This document shows positions 57,598-64,000 of a stretch of DNA of 64,000 nucleotides, piece by piece. Where the stretch lies: the IMG/VR virus record IMGVR_UViG_3300025732_000031. One strand, written 5' to 3'. Numbering within the stretch: the first letter of the stretch is position 1; the number at the start of each line of letters is the position of its first letter. The notes below the pieces were generated by a model. That model had not been told where the DNA came from, searched no databases, and worked only from the letters and a program-made list of their open reading frames with translations. The DNA comes from an uncultured virus (IMG/VR IMGVR_UViG_3300025732_000031) (lineage: Duplodnaviria > Heunggongvirae > Uroviricota > Caudoviricetes). The position numbers and the translations under genes are program-made.

Positions 57598-58725
57598 TTA
57601 ATCAACCATTTTCTTAGGTCTTCCTCTACCTTTTTTCTCAGAAGGAGCTTTGATTCCTCTCTGTGCTGCAGCGCGATCATCATCTTGAATATGCTTCGTC
57701 ATTGGATGTGTTGCTTTAAGGTTGTAAAGGTCAGAAGAAGATTGTGCTCTTTCTGGAGCTTTGAGCCCCATTAGGTGTGAATGAATCTTTTTAGCTGTAG
57801 GCCCGCTCACATATTTCTTTCCAGAAGATGTATCAATATGTCTTCCACCTTTTTCATCATCCATAGCGCCTTTGAGCTGAGTCATTATATGTTCTTGATC
57901 TTTACCAGAAGCTGGTGAATATGCTGGTCCTTCATCTTCTTCTTCATCGTCATCTTTATGCTCTGGTTTGCTTGCAGCCGGTGCGGATGAAGCAGTAGCC
58001 ATTTTCTTTTTCTTACCAACAGCACCTTTTGTTCTATATTCAATTAATTCAAGCTCTTCGCCAAGAACTTCGAAGAAATTTAATAATGAATCAACATTAT
58101 CATAATCAATACCAGTTTCTTCTTTCATCATTCTCTTTAGTGCAGGTGAAGAAGCTAAGAAGTTTAAAAGAACACGAAGAGTAGCTAGTAAAGGAGCCAT
58201 TTCATTTGCTTTAAATGGATACGTTCCAGTAACTTCTTCAATTGTTTCTTCATCTTGTTCAAAAGAATTTTTAATGACTTCTGCACTCTTCTCTAATCTT
58301 TTAGCTGCGTTTTGCTGCGTAGGATCTTTTTCAGGGTGTACATATCCTTGTGATTGTCTTCTCTTTATAAGATCAATTAACTTCTGTTGTCCTTTAGGAG
58401 TATCACCAACTTCATTAAGTGATTCTTCACCTATTTTTACTGGAGGTTGCTTAGGCGCAGTGGCTTTCTTTACACTTCTTAATTCTGCCTCAGACTTAAG
58501 CCTTTCAGTTTCTGCTTTATTTAAATTTGTCATGTCTTTTGAAAACTGTTCGGATTCATTTTTCATTCTTAATTTTTGAAGATCTTCTGCATCAATTTTA
58601 TCAGGATCACCTGCCATCTTAGCGATCTTTTTTTGCTTAGGAGATAAGTGAGAAGTTTCATTGATTTGATTTACTATGTCAATCAAAGATTCTGGTAATC
58701 CGAAAGTGTTTTTTAATTTAGACAT
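57598..58725 (-). CDS. Putative head-internal (prohead core-like) protein
   Basis: Highly charged, with several [LIVM]-x-E motifs (INE, IGEESLNE, IEE, MKEE). Confidence 0.5.
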   Translation of the reverse strand: MSKLKNTFGLPESLIDIVNQINETSHLSPKQKKIAKMAGDPDKIDAEDLQKLRMKNESEQFSKDMTNLNKAETERLKSEAELRSVKKATAPKQPPVKIGEESLNEVGDTPKGQQKLIDLIKRRQSQGYVHPEKDPTQQNAAKRLEKSAEVIKNSFEQDEETIEEVTGTYPFKANEMAPLLATLRVLLNFLASSPALKRMMKEETGIDYDNVDSLLNFFEVLGEELELIEYRTKGAVGKKKKMATASSAPAASKPEHKDDDEEEDEGPAYSPASGKDQEHIMTQLKGAMDDEKGGRHIDTSSGKKYVSGPTAKKIHSHLMGLKAPERAQSSSDLYNLKATHPMTKHIQDDDRAAAQRGIKAPSEKKGRGRPKKMVD

Positions 58726-58736
58726 AATGGCTTCCT

Positions 58737-59378
58737 TTAATCTCCATCTATTATTTTTATTTTTCGTTGAGCTGCTAAGTTACGACGTATTAAAAAGTTT
58801 TTAGAATCCAAGTCCATGTCTTTTACAGGATCTGGATTTCTTTGAAACGGTGGGCTACTACTTGTTTTAGATTTAAGCGTTTCTGCTTCATCATCAGAAG
58901 TAGCCATAGGAACATCAGGAACTTCTCCTGCATATTTTTTAATGTTGTTTAAATTTGTTTCAAGATATGAATGTTCTTTTTCAAGACCCATCTTTTTGGC
59001 ATGCATTTTTATTTCATCAACATAGTCTTGAGCTGATTTTACTGTTTGTTTAGAAGAGCTTTGTGAAGCTTGCGATTGCTTTTCCAAAGCAAATAGTTTA
59101 TCATGAAGTATAGCACTCTTTTCCGCAGAAACCGGATCAGTATCTTTAGGTAAGTTAGCATAGAGTAACTGAGCTTTTGGAGACATTTCAAAATTCTTAG
59201 TAAAATAGGTACCAACAGCAAGCTGATCTCTTTCATGCTTTTCAATATCTTGTCTCTGCTCATGCACTTTCCTTATGGTATTACATAATCTTGAATATTG
59301 CCAATCAGTGCCATCTAACATAGGTATAGATGACATCTCTTTAATAATAGTTTCTAAAGTTTTGTACTTGTTGTCCAT
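58737..59378 (-). CDS. Hypothetical protein (possibly head-internal)
   Basis: Charged; YKTLE.II.E start and Q.K.KIID end. Confidence 0.5.
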   Translation of the reverse strand: MDNKYKTLETIIKEMSSIPMLDGTDWQYSRLCNTIRKVHEQRQDIEKHERDQLAVGTYFTKNFEMSPKAQLLYANLPKDTDPVSAEKSAILHDKLFALEKQSQASQSSSKQTVKSAQDYVDEIKMHAKKMGLEKEHSYLETNLNNIKKYAGEVPDVPMATSDDEAETLKSKTSSSPPFQRNPDPVKDMDLDSKNFLIRRNLAAQRKIKIIDGD

Positions 59379-59816
59379 TTATAGCCCTTTAAGAAAAGAT
59401 CTTAACATCCAAGCATGCTTTTTGTGTTGATCTATTCTATCCTGGATAAAGTTAGATAAACCTATTTCTTTTTGATTTTCAGATAATTGAAAAGCTTCAG
59501 TTAATGTATTTATGTATGTGTTATTATCTGTTAGTAATTGGGATATCATTTCTTTTGAAGTAAGAATTCTTTCTTCTCCTTCAATTTTAGACAACTCAGA
59601 ATATCTTTTTAATGAACCGGGAGCATAAGAATTTAATGCACGAATTTCTTCTGCAAATTTATCAATTGAACTATATACTTCTTCATATAAATCGCCAAAG
59701 AATTCATGCAATTGATAGAAGTCTGATCCTTCAACATTCCAATGGTAGTATTGCGCTTTTAAGTAAAGCGCAAAGTTTTCTGCTAATACTATTTTTAATG
59801 AATCTGTTAAAGACAT
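59379..59816 (-). CDS. dps: Dps / ferritin-like DNA protection protein
   Basis: YHWNVEGSDFYQLHEFF..LYEE....D..AE.IR.L, H.K.AWMLRS. Confidence 0.92.
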   Translation of the reverse strand: MSLTDSLKIVLAENFALYLKAQYYHWNVEGSDFYQLHEFFGDLYEEVYSSIDKFAEEIRALNSYAPGSLKRYSELSKIEGEERILTSKEMISQLLTDNNTYINTLTEAFQLSENQKEIGLSNFIQDRIDQHKKHAWMLRSFLKGL

Positions 59817-59817
59817 A

Positions 59818-60828
59818 TTATGCTTCTACTTTTGCTCCGGCGCGCCATTGACGACAGCTCCAATACTTTGGACGAGTACGATCTTTTGCTTTGGGGTCAG
59901 TATCACAATTATGTCTTGCTCTGAAATTTTTTCTACGACCCGGATCATCTCTCTTTATCTCTAAACCAGGATCACCAAACTTAACGCTTACCGTGTTGCC
60001 TTTTGCGTTTTTAACGAATACTTCAAATTTTTTATTTGATCCTGCTGGTAATCGTTTTACTTTGCCTAACTTAACATTTTTCTTTTCTTCATTAACTTCT
60101 TCACCATACATTTTACGATACTTTAAAGTATGCTTGCTTAATTTAGTTTTTGCTGTTTCATCACCAGGAGCAGGCTTATAAGCTTTAGGGTCTCTATCTG
60201 AAAGCTTATCCATTTCTTTCCAATGAGCAACGCGAGCTTTTGCTGTAGAAGAACTTAATCCTTTATGATAAGCTTTATTTTCTAGTCTAGAGTCTTCTTC
60301 TACTTGTTCTTTTGGAATACAGTTTGGAACCATCTTCCCATTTTTCTTTTTCATACCAACTTGCTTATATGAATCCCAGCATGCTTCATCTAAATCTTCT
60401 TCTCTCAAATCTTTATCTGCTCCGTGGTAAGTTCCTTTACCTTTTGTAATGTAAGAATTTACTCTTGCCATTCCCCACTGTTGAGGTGTTGTTCCTGGAC
60501 GATGGCCGGAATTCCATGCAGCAACACCTCGCTTGTACACTTTTCTTAAAGTAGATAGAGATATACCTGATTTTTTAGCCTTGGCTGCTAAGCCACTATC
60601 AGCTGATTCTTCGATGAAGTCTTCATCTAATTCGCTTTGCATGTAGTTTGTAGCAGTTTCAATATAATCTTTTGCTAATGTGATTTTAGCCTGAACCCAT
60701 TCCGGAAGATTAGTAGTAGGTTCTAACAATTTATCATGCATCATCTGTGCATTACGTATAATGCTTCGAAGCTGTGACATAGCCATATCACCTTCGTAAT
60801 CGTATTCTCTTTTATCTTTATCCGCCAT
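59818..60828 (-). CDS. Modular putative head-internal polyprotein
   Basis: Five short modules separated by acidic L/I/V-x-E linkers; likely start MADKDK at 60828. Confidence 0.6.
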   Translation of the reverse strand: MADKDKREYDYEGDMAMSQLRSIIRNAQMMHDKLLEPTTNLPEWVQAKITLAKDYIETATNYMQSELDEDFIEESADSGLAAKAKKSGISLSTLRKVYKRGVAAWNSGHRPGTTPQQWGMARVNSYITKGKGTYHGADKDLREEDLDEACWDSYKQVGMKKKNGKMVPNCIPKEQVEEDSRLENKAYHKGLSSSTAKARVAHWKEMDKLSDRDPKAYKPAPGDETAKTKLSKHTLKYRKMYGEEVNEEKKNVKLGKVKRLPAGSNKKFEVFVKNAKGNTVSVKFGDPGLEIKRDDPGRRKNFRARHNCDTDPKAKDRTRPKYWSCRQWRAGAKVEA

Positions 60829-60829
60829 A

Positions 60830-60973
60830 TTAAACCTTCTTCTTTTTGTTTGACCCACGAGGTTTACGTGGTTGCTTAGTTTTTTTCTGTTCTACTGTAA
60901 CTGAATCAGTTATCTGTGAATCTACTGATAGTTTTTTACTACCAAGAATCCAACCAAAAAATTTATTTAACAT
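60830..60973 (-). CDS. Small basic hypothetical protein (47 aa, not in ORF track)
   Basis: MLNKFFGWILGSKKLSVDSQITDSVTVEQKKTKQPRKPRGSNKKKKV; fills the gap exactly. Confidence 0.55.
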   Translation of the reverse strand: MLNKFFGWILGSKKLSVDSQITDSVTVEQKKTKQPRKPRGSNKKKKV

Positions 60974-60987
60974 ATGGGCTTACTCTT

Positions 60988-62037
60988 TTAATCAGATAGG
61001 AATTGCTGATCAGATAGTTTAGATTTAGAAAAGTTTTCATGATTGAACCTATTTATTTGTTTTTTCTTTTTATTTTCTAATTCTTGTATAGCTTCTTCTA
61101 CGCTTGGATGATGAGCAAATCCAGCTTTTATCTTAAGCCCAATATCCCCTGCCGTCATAAATGAACCATATCCACTTGGTTTAGTTATATTAAAACTATC
61201 ATATGATTCTTGTAAAGAAACTTCTTCTTTTTTCACTTTATTCTCATCGCTTTTAAATTCTATTTTTTTATTATGCTTAGCACCATATTGAGATCTTTCA
61301 TTTCTTGGTTTAAGACCAGGAGACTTTTCTGCTGGCTGAAGAGATGCAGCCCATTGCTTTGTAAAATTTTGTTTTCGTGTTTCTCCTGAAATCAATGATC
61401 TTAAACGGGATATCCATGAAGAAGAAAATCTTCCTTCTGATATTTGATTCTCACGAATAATTCTTTTTATTAAACTATTATATGATTCTGCAATACCCAT
61501 TCCGGATCTAACTCTCGACATCATTTCATGACTATGTTGTTTAAGATTTTCAGGCAGTCCGCTTGAAAATTCTTCATGGCTTTTATTTTTAGCGTGCTCT
61601 CTCATCTTAGAAGCACTCATCCCCTCAACACCTTCTGAATCTGGGTCTCTATCTCCAGCCGAAACAACACTTATAGACTTAAATGTATAGTGATCTGGAT
61701 GACCATTGTATTTGTTAAGTAAGGCTTTGTATTCTTCTACTCGATCACTGCCGGCAACCATTGTCACGTGATCAGTTTTGCCATGAAGTCCTTTTAAAAC
61801 TTCTAAAGGATTCTTAGCTGAAGAGTCTTTAACAACATCGCCAAAAGCTTTTTGAGCGTAACCTAACTTATCTTTGTAAGAAAGAGGATTCTTCTTAGGA
61901 TCTTGTGACTTTGAAAGATGGACTTCAGCCGTACCACCTACCTTTTTAGCATGCTCTTGGACAGCATTAACTAAAGCTTGATGACCTACTGTAGGAGGAT
62001 TCATCCTACCGAATGCTACGACTGTATGTTTTTCCAT
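60988..62037 (-). CDS. HxGH-superfamily nucleotidyltransferase (cytidyltransferase-like) with C-terminal extension
   Basis: FGRMNPPTVGH, S.SQDPKKNPL, VAGSDRV, SAGDRDPD, MSASKMR. Confidence 0.85.
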   Translation of the reverse strand: MEKHTVVAFGRMNPPTVGHQALVNAVQEHAKKVGGTAEVHLSKSQDPKKNPLSYKDKLGYAQKAFGDVVKDSSAKNPLEVLKGLHGKTDHVTMVAGSDRVEEYKALLNKYNGHPDHYTFKSISVVSAGDRDPDSEGVEGMSASKMREHAKNKSHEEFSSGLPENLKQHSHEMMSRVRSGMGIAESYNSLIKRIIRENQISEGRFSSSWISRLRSLISGETRKQNFTKQWAASLQPAEKSPGLKPRNERSQYGAKHNKKIEFKSDENKVKKEEVSLQESYDSFNITKPSGYGSFMTAGDIGLKIKAGFAHHPSVEEAIQELENKKKKQINRFNHENFSKSKLSDQQFLSD

Positions 62038-62059
62038 AAACTGTAACCGATTTTATGAG

Positions 62060-62067
62060 TATTTATA
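62060..62067 (-). promoter_or_regulatory. T4-type late promoter TATAAATA
   Basis: Exact consensus 22 nt upstream of the nucleotidyltransferase ATG. Confidence 0.65.
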
Positions 62068-62088
62068 CTTTATATAGTTTCTTCTATT

Positions 62089-63399
62089 TTAACTAGTAAT
62101 TTCTTCCCAATCAATACTACCAAGAACGTCGTCTCCGTTTGACGCTGGGGTTGCAGCAAGTGTAAATATCGTTGGCGTTGCTGTGAGTCCATTTCTCTCT
62201 AATTGAAATCTGAAGAGAGCTTCTTTAAGAATATCGATTGACGTTGATGCTTGGTTTGTGACGCTAAGATAACCCGTAGCCACTTGTCTTCCACCACTCA
62301 TTGCTGTTGCTGATAAATCATATTCTACTGAAGAATCATCTCCTGCTGACACCCAGCTTGGGCTTGTTAGGGTTGTTCCCGTATGTACACTCCATCGTAT
62401 TGTTGTTGGAGAGTTAGATTTACCTAGAATCGAAAGTGCGGTGACAATTACTGCTGCATCAAGCCTATTAGATTTTAATTGAATAGAAACAACTGGGTAT
62501 GTTGTTCCGGCTGTAGCAAGATCTTTTGCAGAAGTTATAGGAACTCCTACAGCACGCTGTGTACCAAATAATTGATAACCACCTTCAGATATGACGGTAG
62601 AGCATATTTGCTTGAGTGTGCTAGAGCCTGACACCACACCTGTATTTTTTATTTCATATCTCAAAGGAAGAGTCGCTGTTGTCATGTAGGGAAGCGTATT
62701 TCGATTATCATTATGAAATATATGTGCTGTGCAAAATCTACCATCAATAACAAACCCAGCTCTAATATCACCTACGCCCAACCATTCAACATCGATCCAA
62801 AAGATATTTGATTTGCTTACGTCAAGCCCAGTAGAATGCTCTGGTTGTGTGCCTTGTGCAGAATATCCCGTACCATCAAACTTATCAATATTCCAATTCG
62901 CTTGTGCTACTCGCGTTTCAGCTACGGCAGAGGATGTGAATGTGCGTAAAACGAGATAGTTTGTTGTGCCATCATTTTCGAGATAGATTCCATTTTGTGA
63001 ATTAAAATATCCAACTCTCTGTCTCACGTTTGCAGTAGGTGTCTGCATCACAAAAGTATTCATAATGAGTAAAGACTTACCTGGTTGATAAACAAACACT
63101 CTTTTTGTTTCGCGAATCACCTCAGCACCATCGGTGTTGTCAACATTCATTGCAATCGTGCTTTGATTTGGAATGAATGTTGCATTTGCTGTCCCCGTGT
63201 TTGACGTAGCCCACAGCCCATTGTCTTGATAACGATGAGAGCTATCAAATAGTGTTAATGGAGGAGATATTCTGAGTCGCCCAAATGCGTCTGTTAGTGT
63301 GCCAGAAGGAGTAAGTCGATCATTCAACATGAAGACTTCATGACGAGTTACATCATGACTAGTCGCGTATTTTTTGATATCCGTTCTAAATTGAGCCAT
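62089..63399 (-). CDS. Hypothetical beta-rich protein, probably virion-associated
   Basis: DAFGRLR.S.P.TLFDS, YQPGKS, WLGVG..R.GF, LP.RYEI, C-terminal W.E motifs recurrent in large phages. Confidence 0.6.
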   Translation of the reverse strand: MAQFRTDIKKYATSHDVTRHEVFMLNDRLTPSGTLTDAFGRLRISPPLTLFDSSHRYQDNGLWATSNTGTANATFIPNQSTIAMNVDNTDGAEVIRETKRVFVYQPGKSLLIMNTFVMQTPTANVRQRVGYFNSQNGIYLENDGTTNYLVLRTFTSSAVAETRVAQANWNIDKFDGTGYSAQGTQPEHSTGLDVSKSNIFWIDVEWLGVGDIRAGFVIDGRFCTAHIFHNDNRNTLPYMTTATLPLRYEIKNTGVVSGSSTLKQICSTVISEGGYQLFGTQRAVGVPITSAKDLATAGTTYPVVSIQLKSNRLDAAVIVTALSILGKSNSPTTIRWSVHTGTTLTSPSWVSAGDDSSVEYDLSATAMSGGRQVATGYLSVTNQASTSIDILKEALFRFQLERNGLTATPTIFTLAATPASNGDDVLGSIDWEEITS

Positions 63400-63402
63400 A
63401 TT

Positions 63403-63999
63403 CTATTCCTTGCTTCTTAAAAAATTCATTCTATTGAATTCATAACGATCAGTCAATTTAGTTGGCCGATTGTTTATAACTGACACAAATCCTTCTGGCT
63501 TAGTAAGTTGTCCGGCTATGCGATGTTCATAATCAGAACCACGGGACATGGAGCTTACTAACACATTTTTAGCTTGTTGTAGGTGATGATGCAAATTTAA
63601 TACATTTTGAAAATGAGGAGTATTAGCGTCAATGTGAGTAACAGCAGCATCGCCCGCTTCATGCTTAGCTTGCTTAGCTTTATCACTTTTAACTTTGCTA
63701 GCAGCAACGGATGCACGTTCTCTTGTGAAAGCTTTATATCCTTCAACATCAGGCTTAGTATTATTTCTTACTGTGCTATTGATGTATGTTTTAATCATGT
63801 CTTTATGACCATGATCATTTAAAACATCATAATGTTCTGGCTTGATTTGTCTCGAAAGAGTGGTCGCTGCTTGAATATGTTGTCTGAATTGGCTGTGATC
63901 TTCATCTGAATATTGAGCATTTTCTGGTCTGTATTGAGTAGATATTACATGTACATCAGGGTGTGATCCAAACCCAGATATATCAGCTCCGTATTCTGC
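63403..63999 (-). CDS. Partial gene (5' end outside window), DUF6267-like neighbour of the nucleotidyltransferase
   Basis: Frame is open from the window edge (AEYGADISGFGSHPDVH...) through the track ORF; C-terminal PEGFV.....PTKL.DR.EF...NF. Confidence 0.55.
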   Translation of the reverse strand, partial: AEYGADISGFGSHPDVHVISTQYRPENAQYSDEDHSQFRQHIQAATTLSRQIKPEHYDVLNDHGHKDMIKTYINSTVRNNTKPDVEGYKAFTRERASVAASKVKSDKAKQAKHEAGDAAVTHIDANTPHFQNVLNLHHHLQQAKNVLVSSMSRGSDYEHRIAGQLTKPEGFVSVINNRPTKLTDRYEFNRMNFLRSKE

Positions 64000-64000
64000 T

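Overview
This is a 64 kb segment of a large, AT-rich T4-like myovirus genome, densely coding under the standard genetic code. Bases 1-30.7 kb (minus strand) hold a tail-fibre/baseplate module: a Gly/Pro-rich gp38-like adhesin, a double 2OG-Fe(II) oxygenase, fibres, a two-gene DUF4815/VrlC-like pair, greatly enlarged gp8 and gp7, then gp6, gp25, PAAR, a lysozyme-less gp5, a hub protein, gp53 and gp48. Bases 30.8-37.4 kb (plus strand) hold gp4, gp2, gp54, gp26/gp51 and two paralogous tape-measure-like genes. Bases 37.4-54.5 kb (minus strand) hold gp32, gp59, gp33, a SleB-type hydrolase, PhoH, RNase H, a glycosyltransferase, a phosphomannomutase, 7 tRNAs, a GIY-YIG nuclease, nrdAB, thyX and primase. 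Bases 54.5-64 kb (minus strand) hold a spanin pair, putative head-internal proteins, Dps, an HxGH nucleotidyltransferase and a partial gene. The most interesting signals are: (1) a T-TTT-TTT slippery site that would fuse gp26 to gp51 by -1 frameshift; (2) a pervasive small-residue-Asn / N-x-S/T motif in virion proteins, alongside a glycosyltransferase, a PMM and a prolyl-hydroxylase-like gene, suggesting a virion modification system; (3) modular head-internal polyproteins punctuated by prohead-protease-type sites; (4) adjacent tRNA-Ile(CAU) and tRNA-Ile(UAU). All family assignments come from motif recognition and synteny by eye; no searches were run.
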